From contig NC_043021.1 of the NCBI RefSeq assembly GCF_006345805.1, positions 3,100,001-3,164,000 on the forward strand: a stretch of 64,000 bases of DNA, written 5' to 3'. Positions 1 to 11,285 of the stretch are shown piece after piece. The DNA is from Octopus sinensis. Its lineage: Eukaryota. The translations under genes were made by a program, and so were the position numbers. Position 1 is the first letter of the stretch. Every line of letters starts with the position of its first letter. A model generated the notes under the pieces. It was not told the DNA's origin. It ran no database searches and saw only the letters and a program-made list of their open reading frames with translations.

Positions 1-692
1 AAGGTATGCACAGGGGACTGACTACGTCCCAAGTAGGGGCCACGGGTTATGGCCTGACTAGTCTTGCCGGGTCTTCGGTTGGTGTTTTTATGTGCCACCG
101 ACACAGGTGCCAGATGAGGCTGGCGAACGGCCACGATCGGATGGTGTTTGTTATGTGCCCACGTCACAGACGCCAGTCGATGCGGTACTGGCTACGGCCA
201 CGTTCGGATGGTTTTCTTGTGCGCCACCGGTACTGGAACCACAAAGATACAAATTCCATTGATGTTCATCTATTTTGATTTGGATTGATTTGATTTTCAC
301 TTGCCTCAACAGGTCTTCACAAGTGTCACACACTTGCCTCAACAGGTCTCCACAAGTGTCACACACTTGCCTCTGCCTCACAGGTCTTCACAAGTGTCAC
401 ACACTTGCCTCAACATGTCTTCACAAGTGTCATAAGAGGGAAGGTATGCACAGGTGGACGACTACGTCGCCGGGTCTTCGGATGGTGTCTTATGTGCCAC
501 CGACACAGGTGCCAGATGAGGCTGGCGAACGGCCACGATCGGATGGTGTGTGTTGTGCCCACAGCACGGAGGCCAGTCAATGCGGTACTGGCTACGGACA
601 CGTTCGGATGGTTTTCTTGTGTGCCACCGGTACTGGAACCACAAAGATACAAATTCCATTGATGTTCATCTATTTTGATTTGGTTTGATTTT
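1..692 (-). repeat. RTE-associated 3'-UTR-like sequence, locally duplicated (1-~290 repeated at 441-692)
   Basis: AAGGTATGCACAGG...CCACAAAGATACAAATTCCATTGATGTTCATCTATTTTGATTTGG occurs twice, the second copy with a deletion. It shares the GGATGGTG-TTTTATGTGCCACC unit with family B copies. Confidence 0.65.
298..432. repeat. 33-bp tandem repeat, about 4 units (CACTTGCCTCAACAGGTCTTCACAAGTGTCACA)
   Basis: Directly visible tandem units. Confidence 0.9.
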
Positions 693-713
693 GATATATA
701 TATATATATATAT

Positions 714-1032
714 ATATCATCATTTAGCGTCTGCTTTCCATGCTAGCATGGGTTGGACGGTTTAACTGGGGTCTGGGAAGCCAGGAGGCTGCACCAGGCC
801 CAGTCTGATCTGGCAATGTTTCTACGGCTGGATGCCCTTCCTAATGCCAACCACATATCATCATTTAGCATCTGCTTTCCATGCTAGCATGGGTTGGACG
901 GTTTAACTGGGGTCTGGGAAGCCAGGAGGCTGCACCAGGCCCAGTCTGATCTGGCAATGTTTCTACGGCTGGATGCCCTTCCTAATGCCAACCACTCCGT
1001 GAGTGTAGTGGATGCGTTTTACGTGCCAGTGT
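714..1032 (-). mobile_element. Family B (RTE-LINE 3'-end-like, (CAT)n tail), two tandem near-identical 3' fragments
   Basis: ATCATCATTTAGC...CCATGCTAGCATGG...GGATGCCCTTCCTAATGCCAACCAC repeated at 714 and 855. Confidence 0.8.
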
Positions 1033-1115
1033 CCCTTTATCATACACTTGGCATAAAACCACCTACCTCCACCTTCCCTTTCCATATATTTCCTCTTGCA
1101 CTTCATAAATTCTGT

Positions 1116-1286
1116 AAAGTGGTTGGCTTTAAGAAGGGCACCCAACCATAGAAATCATACTGAAGATGACATTGGAGTTTGATGTGGCCCCCGCAGCTTG
1201 CTGGTTCCCCACTAAACCATCCGACTCATGCCAGCATAGAAAGTGGATATTAAGTGGTGATGATGATGATGATGATGATGATGATG
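1116..1286 (+). mobile_element. Family B diverged 3' end with (GAT)n tail
   Basis: GTGGTTGGC...AAGGGCACCCAACCATAGAAA...GCCAGCATAGAAAGTGGA-(GAT)n. Confidence 0.65.
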
Positions 1287-1904
1287 GCAATATATATGTA
1301 AATTATTTTGTATTGTAGGATGTGTAAATCTCTTTCAGGTTTTGCAACTCTGACATCTGAAGATTATTGTGGATGTGGCTTTTTAAGCAAATGCAACCAC
1401 TCCTGGATTAATGTAGTGTAATAGGGAGAAGTAGCACTTAATAAGTATTGGTTATTAGAAGAGATTATCATATTGGTTGGGTTATAAGAAGAGATAAGCT
1501 AAAGGTAAGCCTCAAGTTTCAGTAAACCATGATTGGCAGGAAAGCTCACCTGGGAAGATCAGGATAGTTGACAATCTCGTCACTGCTGACTGAATGGGAG
1601 GTGAATAATAAGATGGGGAATAGAAGTATTACTTTTAAATTTTAATTAGTTTTAACCTAATTGTCTTTATCTTTTCTTTTGTGGGCTTCTTGCATGCTCC
1701 AACAAAATATTTTTTATTTGTTCCTAAAAATGTATATCTCATAGTTAAAATGGTCAGTATGTCATTAATGATAATGAGTCTCATTTTCCCAAGTTTTTAA
1801 GAAACTTAAAATTTTTAACAAGCCTGTGGGAATGTCAAGTGCTCAGAAATATGTCTGAAAAAATATTATTCTAACAGCACTTTTAAAAATACTGAACAAG
1901 GCAC

Positions 1905-2345
1905 ATGTAGAACTAGGTGGTGAAGAATCTCATTTTACAAGCACATAGTTTTGTGTTCAGGTTCACTGCACAGGATCTTGGGCAAGTGTATTCTACCATA
2001 GTCCTGAGTTGATCAATTCCTTGTAATTGAATTTGCTAAACAGAAACTGTGTGGAAGCCTGTTGTGTATATGTGTGCGTGTGTGTATGTATGTTTGTGTT
2101 TTTTCCAATCAAAAATTATGGAAGTCTATCATGTATGTATGAATAAATGTGTGTGTGTTTGTCACCACCACATGACAACCAGTGTTGGTTTGTTTATATT
2201 CTCATTACTTAGTGGTTCTGCAAAAGTAGCCAATAGAATAAGTACCAGACTTAAAAAATAACTACTGGGGGTGGTTTTGTTCAGCTAAACCCTTCAAAGC
2301 AGTGATCCAGCATAGCTGCAGTCCAACAAGTGAAACACATAGAAA
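1905..2345 (+). mobile_element. Family A tRNA-derived SINE, degenerate
   Basis: GGGCAAGTGT, AATAGAATAAGTACC and CCAGCATAGCTGCAGTCC motifs are colinear with intact family A copies. Confidence 0.7.
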
Positions 2346-2540
2346 ATAAAATAAGATTTTATTTTTCATACAGATAAATATTCTGAAACTGATATTAAGC
2401 AGTACTGAACAAGTATTTCTCTAGGAAATCATTTCTGATTGTCATGAAATACAGGAATTAACTTCAGTTTTTTTCATTCAAAATATTGCCAATACTCGGT
2501 GAACTCAATACCTGTTGCATTTTGAGCACTCATTAGCTGA

Positions 2541-2725
2541 TTTAACAATTTAGCATTTAAAGTGACCATATCCAGCCCAAACATTCTACCTGCTTTATGT
2601 TCAAACTGACCAGATCCAACCTCTCATACATACTTTACAATGTCATTCTAAAAATAAACAATCACATCATCAAAAGATGTTGCATGATTAATTCAAGACA
2701 ATGAGAATTAAGCATTTTACTAACT
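2541..2725. mobile_element. piggyBac-like MITE family 1, degenerate
   Basis: TTAGCATTTAAA...TTTATGTTCAAACTGACCAGATCC...AATGTCATTCTAAAAATAAACAATCACATCATC matches the 45516 copy. Confidence 0.6.
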
Positions 2726-4767
2726 CCTTTATGAGCAATGCATAATATTGATTTTTTTAAAAATATTTTTCACTGTAGAATGTATTTTTCGTATAACAAA
2801 CCATATAACCATGTGATGTGATTTCAATCCTATCTGAAGTTAAAGACCATTTCATCAGTTGGCAGATGAGTTTTGAGGTTTAAGTTGAATAAAAAGTATA
2901 GAGCTCTAGTATCTATTCTAATTTCCTTTGAATATGTTGGATTTTTGTCTGATTCTGCTGTTACTATGATGTTGTATTACCACCACAGCTAGGTGTTTAA
3001 TAAGTTTGTTTCATGACCAAATGGTTCTGGGTTCAATTACTCAGTAAGGCATGTTGGATAAGCATCTTCTGTTCATAGCTTCTGCTTAACCATTACCTTG
3101 TTAGTAGAATTTGATAGATGGAGTCTGTGGGGGCCTCTCTGTGTGTGTGTGTGTTTATTTTTAGCAGTAAAGGTAGTGAACAATAGCCAAAAAATACATT
3201 TTTTTTTCAAGTGTGTTGTTTGAACAAAGCCTACTGAGTTAAGTAGACACTTCCCAGTTACTTTCACCAACAAAAAAGGCAGCAAACCGGTGATTGACTG
3301 GAAAGCAATAACCAGCAACACAAAATGCGATATAAAATTTAAGAAACACAATCTTGTCATAACATTAATTGTTTCATTCTTAATTGGGAGACAACTTTGT
3401 GTGGGTAATTGCTGTGAATTCTTGACAAGCATTTTTTTCTTTTTCTTTCTGGTGATGGTCACCTCAAAGTCGTAAACCACACTCTGTTTTAAGTGTAGTT
3501 AATTTTCATTCTGAACTTTTAGAAGTATGTTTCCATATTATCTACATTCAAGCCTGTTGTGATTCATAATAGTAAGTCTTCTAGCAGAACTTAACATGGT
3601 TTGTGGCAGTTTTGTTGAAAAAAACTGCTTTTACTGTTTGAATGTGGAATTCTGAGGCACTAAATTCTAGACAGTAGTAACTTGCCAAAATGTCAAAGCA
3701 ACTTCAGACAGTTGCATTTCATTAAACTCTATTCATATTTCGTGATCTAAGCAAGGATAAGTACTATAATTTTTACTTATAGTTTGCATGACTTCGTTTC
3801 ACAGCCCACATCCTAATATCATTCAATTCCTCTTCTGTGCAATATTGATTTCTTTCAAAGAAATTGATTAATATATTATTATTTGGTGATTATGAAAACT
3901 TTCCAAATAGAACCATAGACAAATGATTTTTTTTCCCCCCTGCATTTGTTTTTTACATTTTTTACTTATTTATTTTTTTCGAAGACACATATTGCCTGAC
4001 AGATGAATTGAAATGAATTAAATTAATCTTTAGTTTGTTTAAACCAAGCATCGAGTTATATTTATTTTGGAACAGCTCCAGTTGTTTGTTTTACTTTCTG
4101 TGTCTAGTCAAATAAAGTTGGCGGACTAGCAGTAAGTGTTTGGGGACCTTACACTGTAATGTAGCCAGTTCCTCTTCCCTTAATCTTTATTTCTTTTCAG
4201 AATATGAATTTAGAAGGAAAAGAAAAAGAAAAAAAAAGATCAATATTTTCAAGTCAGGTTGATATATGAAATATTACAAGATAAATTTTAATATTTGTAT
4301 ATATCAAGAGTGGCTTTAGTGAATGATGTGTGGTGGCAGATATCAGAGAGTGTTGTGCTTGATGCAACCCGCAACCGTGTGGCTCACCAGGTCCTGTCAA
4401 ACCATTCAACCCACGCCAGCATGGAAAATAGACATGATGATATTAGAGAATTAGAAACTACATGGAGATGTGTATTTATAGTAGATGTCCTCATGGGTTG
4501 TACAAGTTTTGTCAATCTAACGTAGAAATAATATTCAGTTACCATATAGAATAGTATTCTTGTATTATAACAGATTTCTAACAAATTTATTTTCATGAAT
4601 ATATTCAGAATCATGAAAAAAAGGTTATAATGTATTTCTGAAAAATAATTATAAGTCACCTTATTCCTGATCTTGTTTCATATTGTACAATAGAAGAGTT
4701 TAGTTGATCATATATATATGGAAAATAGAATTTAGCTTGCAGCTAAATATAATTTATATTACAGTAT

Positions 4768-5168
4768 AGGCACAGGTCACAACTGTGTGATTGAGAAGCA
4801 AGCTTCTCAACTACATGGTCTTAGGTTCAGTCCCACTGCACAGCATTTTGGGCAAGTGTTTTCTGCAAGAGCCTTGGGCCAACCAAAGCCATGTGGGTGG
4901 ATTTGGTAGGCAGAAACTGAAAGCAGTCTGTCATGTTTGTGTGTGTCTGCCCTTATCTGGGCGTGATGGTAGTAAATGGGTATCATCATCATCATACAAG
5001 TGGTGTTATATCCAGTCTGCCATGAAAAACATGCCTGATCATGGGGAAATATTAGCTTGATTAGGAACAGGTGAGGGTTGGCAACAGGAAGGGCATCTCA
5101 CTGTAAAAAATTTGCTTCCATAAATTCAAGCACAGAAAAGCGGTCACTGAATGATGATGAGAGTGATG
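4768..5168 (+). mobile_element. Family E SINE (family A-like tRNA head, RTE-like tail)
   Basis: Head GGTTCAGTCCCACTGCA...GGGCAAGTGT; body GGGGAAATATT...GGTGAGGGTTGGCAACAGGAAGGGCATC; tail GATGATGA. Confidence 0.7.
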
Positions 5169-5348
5169 ACAACTTAAAAGTGGCTTATCTTGTTTCTTAA
5201 ACAAACAGATAATTTACTGGTTCAGGACAAATTAGAAATGTTGAGCAAGGTGAAAGATGACCCCGATTCCTTCTTAGATATGCTATCACACTATCACTCC
5301 AATTTGTCTCGTTCTTACAGTCTCTGTCTATTTCCTCACAACTCTAAG

Positions 5349-5605
5349 GATTTCACTATAATTTCAATGAAAAAGCTGCTTTAGTTCACTTTGAGAAGAA
5401 TTTAATCAGTTTTTTTCAGATGGTAAGTTTTCTTAGCGATCAACACTCCTGCAACTTTTTGAACCACAAGGAGATCTTGGGATTTCTTCACATAGTACTT
5501 TTCTGTCTTTCTTCTACTCACATAACAGGATTTGACCTTGGCACAGCAGCGTGCTAACAAAATAGATGCTAATATAAATACTCCGGTTTCTAGCTACAAT
5601 AAACC
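5349..5605 (+). CDS. Candidate exon pair of an unidentified gene (5349-5422 and 5529-~5605)
   Basis: Pyrimidine-rich acceptors end at 5348 and 5528, with donor ATG|GTAAGT at 5423. The joined frame reads FHYNFNEKAALVHFEKNLISFFQM-DLTLAQQRANKIDANINTPVSSYNK. No homology recognised. Confidence 0.3.
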
Positions 5606-6015
5606 GTATCATTTGATTGTTCTTAGGCCTGGTGTATTTGTGGCTTAGTGTTACTGTTTCCAATACTCTATTGTACCAATGGCAGAATATAAGATGTAGG
5701 CCTTTTTGAGTCCTTTTCTTATTGTTTTGCCTCAGGTCAACAACCCTAATTAAGCAGATCAAGAGTCAAAGGCATTTTAACCATATCCTGTCTCTATAGA
5801 AAGAAATATGCAAGACTACATCATGTAGTGTAGTCGTACATGCCTCTAATGAGACAGTAGGTAATTTGAATATTTTGTTGCCATTTCTAGTAGGTCCACA
5901 TCATGACCACACGGAAGCTCCCATATCTTTAGGTTTTTATGAGTGGTAAATATTTCACTACATAATGCTATTATGGGCTGATTAATCAAAATAGTTATCA
6001 TTTAGGGATTATATA

Positions 6016-6182
6016 GGTGCAGGAGTGGCTGCGTGGTAAGTAGCTTGCTAACCAACCACATTATTCCGGGTTCAGTCCCACTGCGTGGCATCTTGGGCAA
6101 GTGTCTTCTGCTATAGCTCTGGGCCAACCAATGCCTTGTGAGTGGATTTGGTAGACGGAAACTGAAAGAAGCCTGTCGTATG

Positions 6183-6213
<31 letters not shown>

Positions 6214-6418
6214 TTGTGCGCTTGTGTGTCTGTGTTTGTCCCCCTAGCATTGCTTGACAACCAATGCTGGTGTGTTTATGTCACTTAGCGGTTCGGCAAA
6301 AGAGACCGATAGAATAAGTACCTGGCTTACAAAGAATAAGTCTCGGGGTCGATTTGCTCGACTAAAGGCGGTGCTCCGGCATGGCCGCAGTCAAATGACT
6401 GAAACAAGTAAAAGAGTA
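6016..6418 (+). mobile_element. Family A tRNA-derived SINE, full length, young
   Basis: A-box-like TGGCTGCGTGG, B-box GGTTCAGTCC, internal (TA)n(TG)n, tail GAAACAAGTAAAAGAG; highly similar to the 18251, 36521, 42621 and 55137 copies. Confidence 0.9.
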
Positions 6419-6744
6419 TTTAGTTATTGGTTCAGCAATTGCTCCGTCTATATAGAATTAAGCACCTGCATGCTTCTATTATTGCAGAATAGCAGTATGT
6501 AAATTCTAACCTGTTCAGTTAGGATTGTTAAATGCCTTCTGTTCATAGACCATAAACACACTGAGTTACTTTAACATGGAATTCTTCCAAATTAAAAGCT
6601 TATGTGATTGTCTGGTTTTGGAATCCTCTTTCAACCTTATAGTTTATGCAGAAAGTTTTATCAATAAATATTCACAAACCTTTTGAATATTTTGTATTAC
6701 TTCAGTAATATTGTTTCAGGATTGTTTTTTTTTTTAACTCTGAA

Positions 6745-7162
6745 ATGTCATCATCATTGTTTTAACATCTACTTTCCCATGTTTACATACATCAGGTGGA
6801 ATTTGTTGAGGCAGATTTTCTATGGCCAGGTGCCCTTCCTGTTACCAACTCTCACCTGTTTCCAAGCAAGGTAATATTTCCCATAGTCAGACATGTTTCC
6901 ACAAAATATATTGGAAATGAATAACACTGCTTGTATGACAGTGATACTCGTTTACAACCATTATGTAATGTCAAAACAAGGAAGCACACATACACATAAT
7001 GAGCTTCTTTCAGTTTCTGTCCACCAAATCCATCCACAATGTTTTGCTTGGTCTAGGGCTATAGTAGAAGATAGTTGCTTGAGTTACCACATAGTGGGAC
7101 TGAACCCAAAACAGTGTGGTTGGGTGGTTAGGAAGTAAACTTTCTTACCACACAGCCACATA
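6745..7162 (-). mobile_element. Family E SINE
   Basis: CATCATCAT...TTTCCAAGCAAGGTAATATTTCCC...CTTCTTTCAGTTTC...CCACACAGCCAC. Confidence 0.75.
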
Positions 7163-7821
7163 CAAATAGATGCCTGCATTTAACCATATTATCTTTCCCA
7201 GTGTATATTTATTTTCTGTGGTAGTATATTGTATGACATTGCATTTAGGGACACTTCTATAAAGTGGTTTCTTCTTGCTTTCTCTAAGTAAATTTGATGT
7301 TTTAAATTTCTAGAAGGAAAATTAATGCTTCAAAGCTCCCACTATTTCCACCTAACTCAGCAACATAAATGAATTAGATTATATAACATCACTCACATTA
7401 TACTACTGGTAGTATCCATCTGGTCTTGAGGATTTAAGAGTATTACTCTAAGCTAATAAAACATTGATTACCTACCTTGGTTTCTCAATTACAATTATTT
7501 GAACTGATCCAAGAACACCGCATGATATTGGTGATGACATGAATAGTTTCCCACCCATCAACCTCCTGTGTTTCTACAAAGTCACCTGGATATCATTCAC
7601 AGAAAAATCTATTGCTTGTTTCTAAACAGAACTATACAAGGTTTCCTGTTCAAAGACACCATGAAATTCTTACAGTAAACCATTACTTGCTTATACCAAA
7701 ATTGTATCCATCCAGAAGTCTTTTGGCTCTGTTCATCTCATACTGTTGTACCCTCTTTGCAAACATAGATTTGATCTACTTCTATGGGCTTGTGTGTGTG
7801 TGTGTGTGTGTGTGAGTGTGA

Positions 7822-8178
7822 GATCATCATCATTATTGATTTAATGTCCACATTTCCATACTTGCATGCATCAGATAGAGTTTGTTGAGGTAGATTTTTT
7901 ATGGCTAGATGTTGCAAACCTTTACCTGGCCAGACATGTTTTTGCAGAATATTGAAAATGAATGACATTCATTTACAACAATCACATGTCCTCAGGACAC
8001 GGACACACACACACATGATGGGCTTCATCCAGTTTTTCTTTACCAAATCCACTCACAAGAGGATTCAGCCTGAGGCCTTCATAGAAGACACTTGCCCAAG
8101 GTGTATGCAATGCAAATGAACTTGAAACTATATGGCTGGGAAGCAAATTTCCTAACCATACTGTCATACCGGCTCCTC
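7822..8178 (-). mobile_element. Family E SINE
   Basis: Same colinear motifs as the 6745 copy. Confidence 0.7.
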
Positions 8179-8542
8179 TGTGTGTGTGTACATATAAACT
8201 ATAGTTTCATTGGAATTTTTCAGATATGCTTACTAAATCAGTAAATTAATTGTTTTTATTTCAAGTTTAGTTTCAGGTCAGGCCAGTGATAAGACATTCC
8301 AGTTATGACCCTCTTGTTATTTTAATTTTTTTTGGTGGGGTGGGGAGAGTATCAATAGTTATATTATCTGACGTGGCTTTCCATTTATAGGGGTATGACT
8401 TGAAGGTTGTTATTTTTAGCAGGTCAATTGAATATGTAAACTCTCTTTACCTGAGTTATTCCACCAGCAAATACTGCACATTTGGTTTTAAAACTCTCTT
8501 GCACTTAATACTAGTTAACTATCTTGTCCAAGTTATGCTACA

Positions 8543-8577
<35 letters not shown>

Positions 8578-8914
8578 TTAAAGACATAATTGCATCACAA
8601 GTTTGATCCTTTGTGACTGATTTTCCATATTTCTTTATTTAAGTTCCTTAGTTTGGAGCTGTGTTTCAAACCCTCGCTCTCAGCAGCTAAATGAAACAAA
8701 AATAGTGTTGGCATTGTTGTGTGTGCACTTTTGCAGTAGGCTGCAAAGGATCATGGGAATATCTGATAAACTTATCAACAGTTAATCCTAGATTTTATGG
8801 CTTATTTGAAGTGTGGCTGAGTTTTGGCTTGTGCTTTGCTATTAATAAAATCTTCCCCTGGATATTCTATAAAGTGATAGTGTTATCAGCCAACATTTTT
8901 CTAGTTCTTCCATC

Positions 8915-9180
8915 ATCTTTGTTTTAATGTCCACTTTTCTATGCTTGCATGGAGTAAATGGAATTTGTTGAAGCATATTTCATGCAACCAAATACACTTC
9001 CGGTGAATAATCCTCATCTACTTCCAAGTAAGGTAAGACTACCTCATCACCAGGCACGCCCCAGAAGATTGGAAATAAAGGGCGCCACTTGCATGACATG
9101 ATGTCTGCAAACAGCCATCATGCAATGCCAAGGCAAGGAGACCAATATGCATGCATGCGTGTGTGCACACACACACACAC
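8915..9180 (-). mobile_element. Family E SINE 3' part
   Basis: TTTAATGTCCACTTTTCTATGCTTGCATGG...CCAAGTAAGGTAA. Confidence 0.6.
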
Positions 9181-9243
9181 ATTTAGAAACATTGAGAGAA
9201 CTGGAAATAATTCACTTTCGGAACTCTTACTGCACAGTCATGC

Positions 9244-9618
9244 TTGCATGGCTGTGTGGTAAGAAGCTTGCTTCCCAATGACATGGTTCGTGGTTCAGTC
9301 CCAATGCCTGTCATGTTGGTAAGTGTCTTCTGGTATAGCCCTAGGCCAACCAAAGCCTTGTGAGTGGATTTGGTAGAGAGAAACTGAAAGAAGTTGCTTC
9401 AATTGTGTGTGTGGCTTTGTTTGTTTGTTCCTTCCACTACTTTACAACCAGTGTTGGTTTGTTTACGCCTCCATAACTGAACAGTTCAGCAAAAGGCATC
9501 TAATAGAATAAGTATCAGGCTTTAAAAAATGTGTACTGGGGCTAATTTGTTTGACTAAGTCCTTCTGATCAGTGCCCCAGCATGACCACAGCCTAATGAC
9601 TGAAACAAGTAAAAGACA
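9244..9618 (+). mobile_element. Family A SINE, diverged
   Basis: GCATGGCTGTGTGGTAAGAAGCTTGC...GACTGAAACAAGTAAAAGA. Confidence 0.8.
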
Positions 9619-9630
9619 ATATATGGATAT

Positions 9631-9762
9631 GATGGGCTTCTTTCAGTTTCTGTTTATCAAATCCACCCACAAGGCTTTGGGCAGCCAGAGGCCATAACAG
9701 AAGGCACTTGCCCAAGATGCCACATGGTAGGACTGAATCGAAACCATGCCTGCACCTATGTG
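9631..9762 (-). mobile_element. Family A/E SINE 5' fragment, inverted relative to the 9244 copy
   Basis: GGGCTTCTTTCAGTTTC...CACTTGCCCAAGATGCCAC...GGACTGAATC. Confidence 0.7.
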
Positions 9763-9764
9763 TT

Positions 9765-10260
9765 TCAAAGGCCCTTTGTTGTAAATGCAGAGTTGTCTGA
9801 TGTAACAGTTTGAGTCAGGAAGTTTACAACTTCCATGTTTACATTGAAATCTGTCTATTACATTGGTTTGTCTGAAATACATCCTGTGATTTGGAAGTTT
9901 GTGGTTTCATGTTAAGGTTTTTATCATTCTGGTGTTTGGTGTTTTTGTAATGTATTCTATAAGTTTGTGGTTTAGGTACGATACATGTGTTCCAGTTTTT
10001 TTTTTTTGTTTTGTTTTGTAAATTATATATTCTTCCATTTCTATAACTGGGTGCTTCTGGTTCATGTATATGCTATAAGTGGTTTGTGTATCATTACTGG
10101 GTGGTGCAGCTGTTGAGAGATGTGGGTGGATTTGTTCTTGTATTGTTTGATAGTCTACTAGTCTACTGTTTGTTCAACTCATGAGATTTCCTTATTCAAA
10201 CTTCTTCAGTGAATGAAGAATTAAAAGCCAAGAAGCAGTTTGGATAACGATATTATTATG
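9765..10260 (-). mobile_element. Penelope-like element remnant, C-terminal/GIY-YIG region
   Basis: Minus strand reads TNVIDRFQCKHGSCKLPDSNCYIRQ, resembling the PLE NVIY-F-C...YIG endonuclease motif. Confidence 0.5.
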
Positions 10261-10339
10261 TCTCCATGGAGACACTATCTGTGTGCATACACAGGCATTT
10301 GTTTGTGTTTTTTTATATAATTATTTTGTTTTTGTTGTT

Positions 10340-10990
10340 TTGCTGTGTGGTTATGGTGGTCACTTTGCAACTATGTAGTTCCAAGTTCAATCCCATTGCG
10401 TGACACCTTGGACAAGTGTCTTCTACTAGAGTCTTTGGTTGACTAATGTCTTGTGATTGAAATTGGTAAGTGGACACTGTGGAAGCTGTTATACACTTGC
10501 GTCAGAAATTAATTAGCACTTCTCAAATTTCTACATTAAATAGGTTAAATCAATTAACCTTATGAGCTGTTCAAAACGTCTTACGCGATGAGAAAACTTA
10601 GTATGGTGTGATTTCGGTCCTTGCGAGGCGCTACCTATATCTATTAAACAAAGGAAGATTTGTCTGCATCCGCACTCCAAGTTGTTGCACTGCTATGTCA
10701 ACATCATAAGGCTGTAGACTCTCAAACTGCTCTGCAAACAAAGTTACGTCATCGTTCTGCGCAACAGTGAACTCGCAACAAAGCAATAGTTCGAGATATG
10801 GCCACTAGGTGACAGCACATACCTTGAGTGAAGAGCAAATCAAGGGTGCTAATTAATTTCTGACGGTAGTGTATATGTGCATAAATGTGTGCGTTTTTGT
10901 CCCCCATCATCTGAGAACTGTTGTTGGTTCATTTACCCCATCATCTGGCAGCTCAGCTAAAGAAGACCAGTAGAATAAGTACTAAACATA
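10340..10990 (+). mobile_element. Family A SINE, degenerate, interrupted by a Tc1/mariner MITE
   Basis: Head GCTGTGTGG...GGACAAGTGTCTTCTACTA lies before the MITE and GTAGAATAAGTACT after it. Confidence 0.6.
10494..10871. mobile_element. Tc1/mariner-type MITE
   Basis: About 26-bp TIRs (CACTTGCGTCAGAAATTAATTAGCAC / GTGCTAATTAATTTCTGACGGTAGTG), flanked by TA on both sides; no ORF. Confidence 0.85.
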
Positions 10991-11012
10991 TGTGGGCTAA
11001 CAGAAACTTTAA

Positions 11013-11240
11013 CCTTTTAGCATTCAGATTACTCTGTCAAATGGAATACTTACTCATTCACATTGTTCTGTGTTTATCATTTATTCTCTCATAGCTTCAA
11101 GATTTTGATGATGTGACTGTTTATTTTTAGAATGTCATTATAGGGTAGGTGTGAGAGGCTGGTTCTAGGGATCTGAACAGTTTGAACATAAAACAGGTAA
11201 AATATTTGGGCTGGATATGGCCGAATTAAATGCTAAAGGG
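11013..11240. mobile_element. piggyBac-like MITE family 1
   Basis: TTAA-CCTTTTAGCATT ... AATGCTAAAGGG-TTA. Confidence 0.8.
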
Positions 11241-11285
11241 TTATGGCCATTTTTTTGTATATTCATTAGTTTTATTATTATAGGA

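Noticed and set aside
1-662. Cluster of 65-137 aa ORFs on both strands
   Set aside because: They arise from GC-richer tandem units of the retroposon UTR, and similar peptides recur at every family B copy.
6016-6090. tRNA gene
   Set aside because: The A/B boxes belong to SINE heads that continue into SINE bodies; there is no complete cloverleaf or poly-T terminator.
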